Part shown: positions 18,231-28,871 of the stretch, piece by piece
Layout of the letters: every line of letters starts with the position of its first letter
How positions within the stretch are numbered: the stretch's first letter is position 1
Virus record (IMG/VR): IMGVR_UViG_3300025383_000010
Direction: 5' to 3' (one strand)
Length of the DNA stretch: 64,000 nucleotides
Origin: a virus
Notes under the pieces: model-generated
What the model was told of the DNA's origin: nothing
Databases searched by the model: none
What the model saw: the letters and a program-made list of their open reading frames with translations, nothing else
Translations under genes and position numbers: made by a program

Positions 18231-19787
18231 ATGCGTGATATTTTAGACAAACTTGAGACATTAACGGAAAGCACAGGACTTGCTGGACGTAAACCCGGCG
18301 ATGTGTTCCGTAATCCAGATGGCGACGAAATCACTTTCAACACTATTGATTTCTATCCTGCTGCCGGTGGCACTATAGAACCAGAAAAACTTGATATGAT
18401 TCTTCGCCAAGCTGAATCCGAAACAGGTGGCATTCAATGGATGAATAAGCGTTCTGCCAGAACCGGCGGGTTCGCAATAGCATCATTCTCTACTCCAGAT
18501 GGTGAAGTATATTTTGGTAGATACCTAGAATCAATCAAGCCACAATCTACCGATAACTATGTCCCTAACCAAGTTGGCGACTATCGTTTTGCTGGTAAGG
18601 CAGCAGCTAAAGCACAAGCTGGATTAACCCCGCAAGACTTGCTCACTAACAAGATTGATCTATCAGCCGAAGATATTGTATCGCAGCTTGCAGAAAGTAT
18701 GGGCGAAGACAACCCATTGTATATAGTAGCATATAAACTTGCAAGTGGTGAGCCACTTCCAATGACTTTTGATGCACCAGAAGGTGTAAGTTTCAGTGCG
18801 TTTAGAGATTATTTCTGCGAGATACTACAACCCATTGCATTACAAACAGGTCAATACACTGGTAACGCAGGGGAAGCTGCTGAAATCTTCTTGGGCGGTA
18901 GCTATCAAGGAACACTAATCTCATTTGATGATACAAAGACCGCTGGCCTTAGCGATAGTATCATGACTAATGAAGAAGGCAAATATATCAAAGTTAGCAC
19001 AAAGGGCGGTAAGGGCGCCACTGCAAGTACATCAAACCTAGTTAATAGCATTGATGAGTTGGCACAGACTCCAAATGGACAGAAGCTAATGATGAAGTAT
19101 GCTGACACCATTGAAATGATGAGAGAAATTCAAAAGCAAGGTCAAGCAGGTGCTCCTCTCTATCTAGGTGTGAAGTATGATATTATTGATGAAGAAGATG
19201 CAGACCAGATACGTGATCTAAAAAAGACTGGTCCGGTACCAATGGACAAGATTAGCTCACTGGGACTAACTGATAACTTAGAGAAACTAGCACACAGTCG
19301 TAAGACAGATAATCCAAGTAGTGTCAATCTTTATTATCACTTGATGGCTGCGGTTGCACACAAGGCAGCAGCAGAGGTCAATGAAAATACTGATTTTAGT
19401 AACGCCGCTGCTGACATTCTTAACAACGGAGCATTAGTTCAAGTTTATACTAAGGCAAAAGAATCCAGCGGTAAATGGATATTGAATGAGTTTGATACTG
19501 AATACCCCGGGAAAAGTACCAAGGGTGTATACCTGAGTGCAGGCAAAACATATTACAGCACTGGTATTAAGGGCAACTTCACATTCAAGATTGATAGAGG
19601 TCAGGGTAAGCCCAAGGATGATGAAGGAACCAATGAACCTACCGTAAGAGCAAAGCGCATACCAACTGAAAAAGAGTTTACTAAGAAGGCAGCAGATATT
19701 GCTTCGGGTAGACAAAAGAACACTGCATTTGATCGCACCGAAACTGGTGCTGGCGCAGTTGGTAGAGAAAAAAGAACAGTTCGGTAA
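18231..19787 (+). CDS. large late protein, putative virion-internal
   Basis: TAAATA 18221 + 4 nt + ATG; begins MRDILDKLETLTES. Confidence 0.7.
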   Translation: MRDILDKLETLTESTGLAGRKPGDVFRNPDGDEITFNTIDFYPAAGGTIEPEKLDMILRQAESETGGIQWMNKRSARTGGFAIASFSTPDGEVYFGRYLESIKPQSTDNYVPNQVGDYRFAGKAAAKAQAGLTPQDLLTNKIDLSAEDIVSQLAESMGEDNPLYIVAYKLASGEPLPMTFDAPEGVSFSAFRDYFCEILQPIALQTGQYTGNAGEAAEIFLGGSYQGTLISFDDTKTAGLSDSIMTNEEGKYIKVSTKGGKGATASTSNLVNSIDELAQTPNGQKLMMKYADTIEMMREIQKQGQAGAPLYLGVKYDIIDEEDADQIRDLKKTGPVPMDKISSLGLTDNLEKLAHSRKTDNPSSVNLYYHLMAAVAHKAAAEVNENTDFSNAAADILNNGALVQVYTKAKESSGKWILNEFDTEYPGKSTKGVYLSAGKTYYSTGIKGNFTFKIDRGQGKPKDDEGTNEPTVRAKRIPTEKEFTKKAADIASGRQKNTAFDRTETGAGAVGREKRTVR

Positions 19788-19788
19788 C

Positions 19789-20571
19789 CTAAACTAATTT
19801 AGCAAGCCACCCTCCCTTATACGGTCGGTTGGTCTTAGCCGTAGTGATCAAGTTTGCGTAGGACAATCCATTTTCGGAACAAAACGATTTTAATTCACGA
19901 CTATACATTTGAAAGACGGAGCTATCGGGGCGCATTATTTCGTAGAGCTTTCTTTGGGCAAGATAGAATTTCTCTTTAGCAACCTCAGACCTGGTATTGT
20001 TTTTTCGCTGAGCCTCACTCATATTAGCCTTTGCTTGTTCTGAACGTTTTCTACCCGTCCTAGCAGCCCTGTGTTTTTCCATTCTCTCGGTATCATGTTT
20101 CCAAGTCTGACCTTTGCGTGAATTTGATATTTTAGCGCGAACCTCAGGCCTCTTTGCTGGGTTTTTATCACCTTTCATGTTTTCACTTAGTTGTAAGTAA
20201 TATGCTTCGTCTCGGTTTTTATGCCACACCTCACTCATTTTTTTCTTAGTTTCGTCCGATCGCCGGATACCTAAAGGAGTATACGCATTGGGGGCTATGT
20301 TAAACCCTTGGTTGTTGATCCATGGAAACGGTTGAAGTTGATCAAGGTAGAATTGTTCTCTTTCCTGTAATATCTCTTTGGTTGGGGAGCAGATTTCTAT
20401 TATCTCAAACTCAAAAGCATCCTTACCATATTTTTCTATCGCCTTACCTATAACTTGCTCCTGGCGAGTAGTATGCTCTACCCATCTTCCGTGAATATCA
20501 GCCGAACTACCTATGTAGATTCTACCGTCTGCCACCAATGTTATCTTATAAACTCCCGAAACTATTGACAT
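19789..20571 (-). CDS. GIY-YIG homing endonuclease (Seg-like, NUMOD3-type repeats)
   Basis: SGVYKI...IYIGSS...R, EREQFYLD, GFNI, SDETKKKMSE, SEQAKANMSE. Confidence 0.9.
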   Translation of the reverse strand: MSIVSGVYKITLVADGRIYIGSSADIHGRWVEHTTRQEQVIGKAIEKYGKDAFEFEIIEICSPTKEILQEREQFYLDQLQPFPWINNQGFNIAPNAYTPLGIRRSDETKKKMSEVWHKNRDEAYYLQLSENMKGDKNPAKRPEVRAKISNSRKGQTWKHDTERMEKHRAARTGRKRSEQAKANMSEAQRKNNTRSEVAKEKFYLAQRKLYEIMRPDSSVFQMYSRELKSFCSENGLSYANLITTAKTNRPYKGGWLAKLV

Positions 20572-20672
20572 TTGAAACTTCCTGTTATATACTTCAATTC
20601 TCAAGACTGTCTTGAGTGTAACAGTATTTATCTTTTACAACACAATCTTTAAGAAAGCGAGTAATTTATCTT

Positions 20673-21260
20673 ATGTTAGTCCCAATGGTAATTCAGAACA
20701 CGTCCAAGGGCGAACGGGCGATGGACATTCAATCAAGGCTGTTACAGGATCGTGTCATTTTGCTTGAGGGTGAAGTCCACGACCAGATGGCTAATCTTAT
20801 CGTAGCACAGTTGCTTTATCTTGAGAGTGAGAATCCTGATGCTGACATTTCACTCTACATCAACAGCCCGGGCGGCAGTGTTACTGCTGGTATGGCGATT
20901 TATGATACCATGCAGTTCATCAAGCCCGACATTACTACTATCGTGATGGGTCAGGCATGTTCAATGGGATCGTTTCTTGCTCAAGCAGGTGCACCCGGCA
21001 AGCGTCTTATGCTTCCTTATGCACGACACATGATTCACCAGCCCAGTGGTGGCGCTCGTGGTATGGCAAGTGATATTGAGATTTCTTACAAGGAAATCAT
21101 GCATATCAAGCGTACTCTTACCGAACTGTATGTCAAGCATAACAGCAAGGGCAAGACTTACGAGGAGTTTGAGCGTGACATGGATCGTGATACTTTCATG
21201 AGTGCCCAAGAAGCTCTTGATTATGGATTGATTGATAAGATCGTTACCAAGCGTGACTGA
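20673..21260 (+). CDS. clpP: Clp protease proteolytic subunit ClpP
   Basis: YINSPGG, ACSMG (Ser), MIHQP (His), DRD (Asp), YGLID. Confidence 0.97.
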   Translation: MLVPMVIQNTSKGERAMDIQSRLLQDRVILLEGEVHDQMANLIVAQLLYLESENPDADISLYINSPGGSVTAGMAIYDTMQFIKPDITTIVMGQACSMGSFLAQAGAPGKRLMLPYARHMIHQPSGGARGMASDIEISYKEIMHIKRTLTELYVKHNSKGKTYEEFERDMDRDTFMSAQEALDYGLIDKIVTKRD

Positions 21261-21643
21261 TAAAAACTCTTACTGGGATAAGCCTGCCACAAAGGGGGAT
21301 TATATCCTTGGATTTACAGTCATAGTGTTAACGATGATCTTAGGATTTACATTTTTATTGTAACGTAATAAATACTACTTTAATAGGGAGGATTTTTATG
21401 ATGAACTCATATCGCACTGTGTATAAGCAAGCGTCTCCCGGATCTAGTAAAGAACTAGATTATGTAGTAAACATTTACCACAATGGTAAGTTTAAGTTTG
21501 CATATCGTTACGAAGACTGGACCGAAGACGCTGTATCCAATGAGGTCAGTCTTCTAAGGTCTAGGTTCTCTGACACTAACGGTTTCATAGTCAAGTGGTA
21601 AAAACTGGTTGACACTATACATAAAATAATGTAGTGTCAACTT

Positions 21644-22165
21644 ATGAACACGATTGTTGAACATCTTAAAGGTCGCCACATTGACCTTAATCTTCATCGT
21701 CCCATGATAGATGAAGATGAGCGAGTGGCGACCTTTTACCTTTACAATCAGAGTGGTTGTATCATCGGGTACCAGCAGTATCGTCCTGATGCTGATAAAA
21801 TGAAGAACAATCATCCCAAAGAGGCGCGCTACTTCACGTATCGCAAGCAGCCTACCCTCGCTGTATGGGGCTTAGAATCGCTTCATTTGACCCCTCACGT
21901 TGTCTTTCTGACAGAGGGTATCTTTGACGCTGCACGATTGACAGAGCGCGGATACAGCGCCCTAGCAGCATTGACGAACAACCCTACAAAGGACTTGCGT
22001 AACTGGTTGAGTATGCTCAATCGCAAAGTTGTAGCAGTGTGTGACAACGATGCTGCTGGTCGTAGGCTTGCTAAGTTTGGCGATGTTGCTGTATTTACAG
22101 AAGACAAAGACCTTGGTGAAGCTGATGATGAGTTTGTTACTGAACTGTTGAAAAAGTATGGCTAA
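21644..22165 (+). CDS. small TOPRIM (DnaG primase-like) protein
   Basis: LTEGIFDA, CDNDAAG, KDLGE. Confidence 0.8.
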   Translation: MNTIVEHLKGRHIDLNLHRPMIDEDERVATFYLYNQSGCIIGYQQYRPDADKMKNNHPKEARYFTYRKQPTLAVWGLESLHLTPHVVFLTEGIFDAARLTERGYSALAALTNNPTKDLRNWLSMLNRKVVAVCDNDAAGRRLAKFGDVAVFTEDKDLGEADDEFVTELLKKYG

Positions 22166-22381
22166 AACCATTAACTTTGGAAGGCCGCCCGGAGAAACTG
22201 ACATTGCTTGGTTTGTGAAGAACATTGGGCCAAGAACTCATTACACCAAGTTTAGCATTGGTGGTAAAGGCTGGAGATTCACGTATGAGCAAGATAATCC
22301 ATGGTCTATCAAACATTGGAACTTGACGGTTGACGATGACAAGATGCTAACATATTATTTGTTGGTTAGGTGATTTTTTGG

Positions 22382-22428
22382 TTGACATTGGTGACCCATT
22401 TTGATATAAGAAGATATAGCAAGGAGAC
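22382..22428 (+). promoter_or_regulatory. early promoter of the conserved family
   Basis: TTGACA-N17(ACCCATTTTG)-TATAAG; leader TATAGCAAGGAGA. Confidence 0.8.
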
Positions 22429-22433
22429 ATTGA

Positions 22434-22712
22434 ATGACTAAGTTTGAAACTCTCTCGCACTTCGTTCTGACCCAGGCTGACAACGAGGAACTCAATACCC
22501 TCATTGAATATATCAAGATGCGCCGTCAGCAGATCACCAAGTCCAATGTTCGTTCTATCACGAAGGGTGCAAAGGTCACGTTCACTGACAAGCGTGGTAA
22601 GGTTTATAACGGCACTGTAATGGATGTCAAGATCAAGAACCTGGTCGTTGAAACGCAGCATGGTCGCTATCGTGTCCCTGCTAGCATGGTCAAGGTTGCT
22701 CAGGGAGCGTAA
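22434..22712 (+). CDS. early protein with SH3/KOW-like C-terminal domain
   Basis: KGAKVTF...YNGTV...YRVPASMV. Confidence 0.65.
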   Translation: MTKFETLSHFVLTQADNEELNTLIEYIKMRRQQITKSNVRSITKGAKVTFTDKRGKVYNGTVMDVKIKNLVVETQHGRYRVPASMVKVAQGA

Positions 22713-23592
22713 TATGAGTAACTGGCTTTATCTTGCAGGGAGTGCCTGCTTCGCACTCGGTACTATTCTCAATATGGTGAAGTGATATGCATTACCTTCA
22801 TTTATTTTTTGTTATTTTGTGTGGTTCGCTTTGCATTGCAAACATCGGATCCATGGTATATTACTGTCGCAAGTTTCCATTTGTAATTATTCTTAATGGT
22901 ATTGCTGCTGTCGTTACTGGCATTGCCACACTGATTAACTATTCCCAGCTTTAAGGAGAAATGAAATGAAAGATATTATCAAGATTGTTTACGAAAACGT
23001 TTTTACCTTTAGCACTGCTATGATTCTGATTGTAGCAGCGTTTATATTTGCTCTGGTCGTCACGATTGATGCCGAAAATAAGCGTGAAGAACAGAATCGT
23101 CTATTGACAGAAGCCTGTTACAATCAGGGAATGGTCCCTGTTGATACAGAAGCGGGTAAGCGTTGTGCTACTCCGCAGTCTCTTATTAAGGTGAAGTAAG
23201 ATGTTGGAACGTATTCTGTTTGCACTAGCTATGGCTATTGTGTGCGGTATCGGTTTTTATATGCCTGACTATGTTAAGGGAACACTTGACCGAGCCGACA
23301 TCGCTGTACCGATGATGGCATTTGTTGCTTCATTCATCACTATGAATGTTAGAGAGAAGTAATATGACAACACATAAAGTAAGGGTTGGTAATGCATTCT
23401 TATATTAGTATAGGAAACGATAATAAGCATTACTGGTGTATTGATTTTACAGACCAAGAACTTAAGATTTGGTATAATAACAAAGAGTTTATGGAGCGGA
23501 AGACTAAAGTATATCTTCCTAGCAAAGAAGAAATTATTGCCGCCTATCCGCACTTAGCAGAAGTATTATAATGTAGATTAGGGAGAAGTAAT

Positions 23593-23865
23593 ATGGCAAC
23601 ACATAAAGTAAAGAGTTGGACGGCATTCTTTCAGGCATTCAAGACTGGTGCTAAGAAGCATGATATGCGAGACTTGAAGGATCGTGACTATAAGGTTGGA
23701 GACATTCTCATCCTGCAGGAATATGATCCGTTCAAGGGTGAATATACTGGTGAAGAACTGACTCGTCAAATCACTTACATTACCTCGCGTGATACGCCCT
23801 GTGCGTTTTCGTCAGCGGCACTTGATCGTGACTACTGCATTCTTTCTCTCGGTGAGGTAGAATAA
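23593..23865 (+). CDS. ASCH/PUA-like (DUF3850-type) protein
   Basis: HKVKSW..FF...GAKKHDMR..DRDYKVGDILILQEY...YTG. Confidence 0.75.
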   Translation: MATHKVKSWTAFFQAFKTGAKKHDMRDLKDRDYKVGDILILQEYDPFKGEYTGEELTRQITYITSRDTPCAFSSAALDRDYCILSLGEVE

Positions 23866-23891
23866 AAATCGTACCTGAGGTCATTTTTTGG

Positions 23892-23952
23892 TTGACTTCG
23901 GGTACCTTTTTGTGTAGAGTGAATCATAAGCTGAGAAAACGGAGTTACGAAA
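23892..23952 (+). promoter_or_regulatory. early promoter plus leader
   Basis: TTGACT-N17-TAGAGT; leader CTGAGAAAACGGAG also precedes 58399(-). Confidence 0.7.
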
Positions 23953-24228
23953 ATGATCTACACTCTCAAGATTTATCGTCTCGACAAGCGTTGCAAGACT
24001 GGCGAACGTTTCATCAAGTCCTACGAGTTTGACCGCAAGGATGATGATGCGATGAAGCGTGAAGTCAACGCTCTCCGTGGTTGCGGCTATTGGGACACTC
24101 ACTATCGCATTGAGTTCGCCCCCAAGTACAAGACTGTTCACAATCTGATGACTGGTAAGGAAATTCAGATTGCTACTGATACTCCCCGCTGCTGCGACCC
24201 GTCTTCTGAATCTTATTGGAGCATGTAA
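23953..24228 (+). CDS. early hypothetical protein
   Basis: Ends NLMTGK...TPRCCDPSSESYWSM. Confidence 0.75.
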   Translation: MIYTLKIYRLDKRCKTGERFIKSYEFDRKDDDAMKREVNALRGCGYWDTHYRIEFAPKYKTVHNLMTGKEIQIATDTPRCCDPSSESYWSM

Positions 24229-24638
24229 AATGGATATTGACCGCGCAACGCATATCGTCAACAAGATGGTCAAGGAACGCTATTCCACGGTTGACAAGGT
24301 TCTCGCAGAATTTCTCAAGTACAATAAGAATGGTGAATGCCAGCATTTCTGGCCTGATGAAAACACTGCTTGCAAGGTGCTGATTGCGCGCAGGGTATCA
24401 AAGTGATCATTAAAATCAAAGGTATTACTAATCACGGTAAGAATCGCATTCGTGAACATGGCGAAGAGTGGCGCGTGATTGAACCTATGGTCACTCCTAA
24501 GCCTGCACAGCTTTTCATTGAAAGCGTTAAGACCGGGGATCGGCGGTGGCTAAATCACAACTTTGAGATTGTGCAATGATGCACTATACAATTCCCGGCG
24601 GGGCTACGCGAAACTATAGTAACACAAAGGAAAGTAAT

Positions 24639-24860
24639 ATGGAAACTATTGTTAAGATTGTCGGGGCTATTGTTCTCGGCGTAGTGGGTATCGTTACTGT
24701 CGGTCTCCTCATGAGTCTGCCGGTTATGTGGCTTTGGAACGGTGCCCTCGTTCCTGCTGTGAGTGGATTGCATGAGATTGGTTGGCTCCAGGCTTGGGGA
24801 GTCATGATTCTGTGCGGTATGCTTTTTAAGGGCAACAGCACTAGCACTTCGTCTAACTAA
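24639..24860 (+). CDS. small membrane protein
   Basis: MWLWN...IGWLQAWG; AAGGA RBS. Confidence 0.7.
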   Translation: METIVKIVGAIVLGVVGIVTVGLLMSLPVMWLWNGALVPAVSGLHEIGWLQAWGVMILCGMLFKGNSTSTSSN

Positions 24861-24872
24861 AGGAAATTAAAC

Positions 24873-25505
24873 ATGTTTAAGAAGTTTACTATTGGTCTTA
24901 TGGCTGCGCTTCTTGTTGCTCAGCCTGCATTTGCTGGCCGTTTCGGCGGTGGGGGCGGAGGCGGCTTCCATAGTTCTAGCTCTAGCTCCTCTCGTAGCTT
25001 TAGCTCTAGCTCTAGCTATCGTCCTACTTCCAGCTATACTCGTCCTGCTGCAACTACTCCCGCGCGTTTCAGCAACACTAGCTCTGGCTATAGCTACAAG
25101 CCCGCACAGACTCGGGTAGTCTCTCGTCCTGCATATACTAGCGGATATAATGGCGGGTATCGTTCTGCCCCTGTAGTACAGAATCACTATTATGGTGGTG
25201 GATACGGCGGCGGCTATGGTGGCGGCTTCACTTCTAGCCCGTTCTTCTGGCTGTGGATGTTTGATCATAATCGTCAGCAGGCTCCGGTAGTTGTTCAGAA
25301 TGGTGGTGGCTATGCTCCTCAGGCTCAGGTTATGCCTCAGGGTGACCCTGGTCAGGTGCAGTATGCTCAGGGTCCTCAGAGTCAGGGTCCTGGATTCTTT
25401 GGTATGATCTTTTATGGTCTGCTCAATCTTGTCATCCTGATCCTCGTGATCACTGCTATCGTTTGGATCGTTATCAAGATCCGCAAGATGCTTAAGGGCG
25501 AGTAA
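24873..25505 (+). CDS. exported Gly/Ser/Tyr-rich protein with C-terminal TM anchor
   Basis: Signal peptide ending AFA, GGGG/SSSS tracts, C-terminal hydrophobic helix. Confidence 0.8.
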   Translation: MFKKFTIGLMAALLVAQPAFAGRFGGGGGGGFHSSSSSSSRSFSSSSSYRPTSSYTRPAATTPARFSNTSSGYSYKPAQTRVVSRPAYTSGYNGGYRSAPVVQNHYYGGGYGGGYGGGFTSSPFFWLWMFDHNRQQAPVVVQNGGGYAPQAQVMPQGDPGQVQYAQGPQSQGPGFFGMIFYGLLNLVILILVITAIVWIVIKIRKMLKGE

Positions 25506-25832
25506 GGTGTTTAAAAATGGTGATTTAGCTAGGGTAAATATTCCAGGAAGCTCAATCAATGGGCTTCTAGCAAAAGTCATTGGAATACACACTAAACTTC
25601 CGGTAGTAAACAGTGTTTACATTGTTCTTTTAATGGATGACCATAACGAAGAATGGGATGCATTCACTGTACCGGAAGGGCACCTAATTAAAGTGGAGAA
25701 TTGATATGCTTTGCACTAATCTTGGAACTGTAGTAGAGTACAACATCATCAGTTTTGTTGCTGGCGTCGTACTCACTACGATCTTCTTCGTTCGCTTTAT
25801 GATCAAGCATCGTAAGCATAAGGAAAATAACA

Positions 25833-26111
25833 ATGCTGCCTAAGTATCCTATCAACAAGCGCCCTCTCACTAACAAGAGTGCCCTGAGAACTCCAGCTTC
25901 TACTAATCGTCGTATCACGACTAGTAACTATTCTAGCGATAGCAGCGACGATGGTTCCGATGTTCTCGGTGCTATTGTCACGGCTGAAATCATCAGCAGC
26001 GCACTTGATTCGTCTAGCTCGTATGATAGTGGTTCATCCAGTGACAGTTATAGCGGATTTGATGGCGGTGGCGGTAGCTTTGATGGTGGTGGCGCATCGG
26101 GCGATTGGTAA
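25833..26111 (+). CDS. Ser/Gly-rich protein
   Basis: Ends GGGGSFDGGGASGDW, resembling TPM-protein tails. Confidence 0.65.
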   Translation: MLPKYPINKRPLTNKSALRTPASTNRRITTSNYSSDSSDDGSDVLGAIVTAEIISSALDSSSSYDSGSSSDSYSGFDGGGGSFDGGGASGDW

Positions 26112-26466
26112 GGAATAAAACAATGAAGCACGATCTTTTCATTATTGGCTGTTTCATGCTTGGTTGGATCGCATATGATTTAATCAAAGTCAGCATTCGG
26201 CGTTTTAAGAAGTAAGGAGAAAAACAATGAAGTATGATGGTCTATTGACTGATTTTAATAACATTCGTGAAACCCAGGTCTACGCTGTGGGCAAGGTGAT
26301 TGACGAAGCAGAGAACTACATCACATATCTTGAAAAGCGTGATGATACCCTCAGTAACATTCTCAAGTATCTTGACGAGCTTGATAGTTCTGGCAAGACT
26401 GAAACCAAACAGGAAATCCTTGACGCGATTTTCAAGTTGGTTCCTCAGGAATAAAGGTTAATCAAT

Positions 26467-27027
26467 ATGTTTGCAGTAGTCTTGTGTCTCATCCCGTTTG
26501 CATTTCTCGGATATATGTGTTATCGTGCGTTTCATGTCAAGCGCAAGACTACTGTAACTCCGCAGCCGAAGCCAGTTGATAAGGTAATATTGCATGGACA
26601 CAATCTTGCCAAGTGGAATTATCTTGGGCATACTCTTTGCAGATACGTTGATAAAGATGGTGAGATTACAGGTGAGCATCCTATATTCTTGTTCGTAGAC
26701 AAGAACAATGAAAAGCGTAGGTCTTACTTTGTTGTAAGTGAGTATGCTGACAAGAATCATCAATATATTCAGGTAACTGTAAAGCCTTGGGCAGCAGGTG
26801 AAGGTGAACTTTGGCATCTAATTTCTGGCACAGGCAACAAGCCATCTGACTATCTCAGAGAGTATATGCTTGAGAAGTTTAAATGCGAATGGGATACCGA
26901 TACCAAATGGTGGGGTACCAGTGACAAGGCTAAGTACAACTCTGCAAACGAAAAGCAGAAGCGTGAACGCAAGCCTAAGGAAGTCAAGACTGAAAGCAAT
27001 GTCGTTACCGTTGAGTTTGGAAAATAG
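26467..27027 (+). CDS. membrane-anchored hypothetical protein
   Basis: N-terminal TM segment, 186 aa. Confidence 0.7.
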   Translation: MFAVVLCLIPFAFLGYMCYRAFHVKRKTTVTPQPKPVDKVILHGHNLAKWNYLGHTLCRYVDKDGEITGEHPIFLFVDKNNEKRRSYFVVSEYADKNHQYIQVTVKPWAAGEGELWHLISGTGNKPSDYLREYMLEKFKCEWDTDTKWWGTSDKAKYNSANEKQKRERKPKEVKTESNVVTVEFGK

Positions 27028-27067
27028 GGGTAACGATTAAATACTATTGTATCAAAGGAGAAAGACC

Positions 27068-27304
27068 ATGGATATGAATAGTATTTTAAGTCAGTTAAAG
27101 GGACTGATTGCAGAGGGTGATGGTAAACTAAGCAACAAGCGTGTTATCACTATCCTTTGCACTCTCATGCTCATCACTGCATTTAGTGCCAATGTCTTTA
27201 TGGCAAAGCACATTGATGACAACATCTTGAACAGCATCATGTTCATTATCATCGGTGGTATGGGCATCACTGGTATGGAAAAGTTTGCACCTAAGCAACA
27301 ATAA
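27068..27304 (+). CDS. two-TM late protein, holin-like
   Basis: TAAATA upstream, AAGGAG RBS, KLSNKRV followed by two TM helices. Confidence 0.5.
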   Translation: MDMNSILSQLKGLIAEGDGKLSNKRVITILCTLMLITAFSANVFMAKHIDDNILNSIMFIIIGGMGITGMEKFAPKQQ

Positions 27305-27307
27305 CAC

Positions 27308-27336
27308 TTGACATTACCTCGTTTTGGGCGTATAAG
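27308..27336 (+). promoter_or_regulatory. sigma70-like promoter heading the SWIM gene and LRWS array
   Basis: TTGACA 27308-N17-TATAAG 27331. Confidence 0.75.
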
Positions 27337-27364
27337 AAATTATATCGCTTGAAACGAGGTTTTT

Positions 27365-27751
27365 ATGCTTAACATCGGTGACACTGTTACGATCAAAGTT
27401 CGCAACGTCATGTATGACGTTCGCCATCGTTATCCCGCAGGTATGATTCCCGAGTTCAACGAATATACCGGTACCGTCATGCGCGAAAAGTTCTTTGCCG
27501 ATGACGAGATTGGTATCACCAGCGACACCTTTGGTATCAAGTTCCGTCGCATTCGTCTTGATCGCATCGTTGAAGTCAATGCTGCCAAGGTTGAGTTTAC
27601 TCCTGTCAAACATGAGCGTGAAACTAAGGTAGTTCAGGGTAGTAAGGGTAACTCGTATATTGTCACTCGTGATGGTAGCAAGACCACTTGCACTTGCCCC
27701 GGTTATGGTTTCCGCAAGACTTGCAAGCATGTTCATGAGGCATTTGCGTGA
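27365..27751 (+). CDS. SWIM zinc-finger protein
   Basis: GSKGNSYIV...CTCPGYGFRKTCKH. Confidence 0.85.
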   Translation: MLNIGDTVTIKVRNVMYDVRHRYPAGMIPEFNEYTGTVMREKFFADDEIGITSDTFGIKFRRIRLDRIVEVNAAKVEFTPVKHERETKVVQGSKGNSYIVTRDGSKTTCTCPGYGFRKTCKHVHEAFA

Positions 27752-27987
27752 AACTTGATGTTATAAACAATGCTCATCACCGAAATATGTATGTGTCCGC
27801 TAAAGCAGCATTTGTTAACGCGAGTCCTTCTAGTTTTGATAACGCTGAAAAGTTTTGGAAAGAATTGGGTGAAGCATACGATATGAGAATTATCAAACCT
27901 ATATACAAGGGCAAGTTTCCGGTTGTTGAAGCACTAGAGTTTAACACCGAAGAAGCATATTCCTGGTTTCTGTTGAGGTTTTCATAA
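27748..27987 (+). CDS. LRWS-array unit 1
   Basis: Ends WFLLRFS. Confidence 0.75.
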   Translation: MKLDVINNAHHRNMYVSAKAAFVNASPSSFDNAEKFWKELGEAYDMRIIKPIYKGKFPVVEALEFNTEEAYSWFLLRFS

Positions 27988-28196
27988 TGCGTTGGGTTCG
28001 TGAACATAGCAAGCCTTATAGGCTGGAACTGAAATATAATCTCGGTGAGGAACGTTGGTCAGAAGTTCAAGATACACTAAATGAAGCTAAGAAGTGGTGT
28101 AGACAGAACAATATGTTTATCTGGGACGATGGGTTGTTCTACATTGGTTTCATTAACCATCGTGACATGGCTTGGTTCTTGTTGAGGTGGTCATGA
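27987..28196 (+). CDS. LRWS-array unit 2
   Basis: Ends WFLLRWS. Confidence 0.75.
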   Translation: MRWVREHSKPYRLELKYNLGEERWSEVQDTLNEAKKWCRQNNMFIWDDGLFYIGFINHRDMAWFLLRWS

Positions 28197-28414
28197 AAAC
28201 TGCATTCACATTTAAGAAATGGTATTGGGGACCATTGCATGATGATCAGCCGCCCCATTGGTGGACCAACTTCGCAGAGGGTAAATCTATCAGTGTCAGC
28301 AAGATAACTGAACTTAGCCGTGTTGCTAAAGTTAGACAAAAATCAAATGGTAGCCTTCGTGTAGTGTTCAAGTCTCCCGGTGATCTAACGTTTTTTATTT
28401 TGAGGTGGTCATGA
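28193..28414 (+). CDS. LRWS-array unit 3 (paralog of unit 6)
   Basis: ATG within the junction; MKTAFTFK...FFILRWS. Confidence 0.8.
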   Translation: MKTAFTFKKWYWGPLHDDQPPHWWTNFAEGKSISVSKITELSRVAKVRQKSNGSLRVVFKSPGDLTFFILRWS

Positions 28415-28587
28415 CCGAAGTTGATATTAGCTTTGTCGGAAATTGGTCTAACAGCAAGATTACCGAGTGTAACGAATGGTTGGACAAATATCCTCACTTC
28501 GGGGAGATTGATATTGACGGGGCATCATGTATCATGTATTTTGAAGATGAAAGGGATGCTATGCTCTTTATGTTGAGGTGGTCATGA
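28411..28587 (+). CDS. LRWS-array unit 4
   Basis: Ends FEDERDAMLFMLRWS. Confidence 0.75.
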   Translation: MTEVDISFVGNWSNSKITECNEWLDKYPHFGEIDIDGASCIMYFEDERDAMLFMLRWS

Positions 28588-28871
28588 GTTACTATGAAGC
28601 AAAAGATAGAGAACTGTACTCTAAACTGATTCAGTTTTATCCTAGGGTAGAACCTGGTCATGCGTTTGTATCCAATCTCTTTAACGAGTTTGGAAAGCAA
28701 GATGCTATTCCCAATTATGAGGACCCTATGTATTCATGGGCCAAACGTCTTGAACAGTGGCTGCCCGGTAAAGTCGGTTTGATTAGAAATCCAGATGATG
28801 CTGATAATTGGGACAAGTTTATCGTAGTTGATCAAGGGCTGTATGCTTTTGCATTGTTGAGGTATTCATGA
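28584..28871 (+). CDS. LRWS-array unit 5
   Basis: Ends FALLRYS. Confidence 0.75.
   Translation: MSYYEAKDRELYSKLIQFYPRVEPGHAFVSNLFNEFGKQDAIPNYEDPMYSWAKRLEQWLPGKVGLIRNPDDADNWDKFIVVDQGLYAFALLRYS

Noticed and set aside
15050-21260. Bacterial chromosome origin or host contamination suggested by clpX, clpP, clpS and infA
   Set aside because: These genes are interleaved with T4-like rnh, ligase, homing endonucleases and TAAATA late promoters, and lack bacterial operon context such as tig-clpP-clpX-lon.
24867-25592. 241-aa minus-strand ORF
   Set aside because: Antisense to the low-complexity exported protein, which has the RBS and signal peptide.
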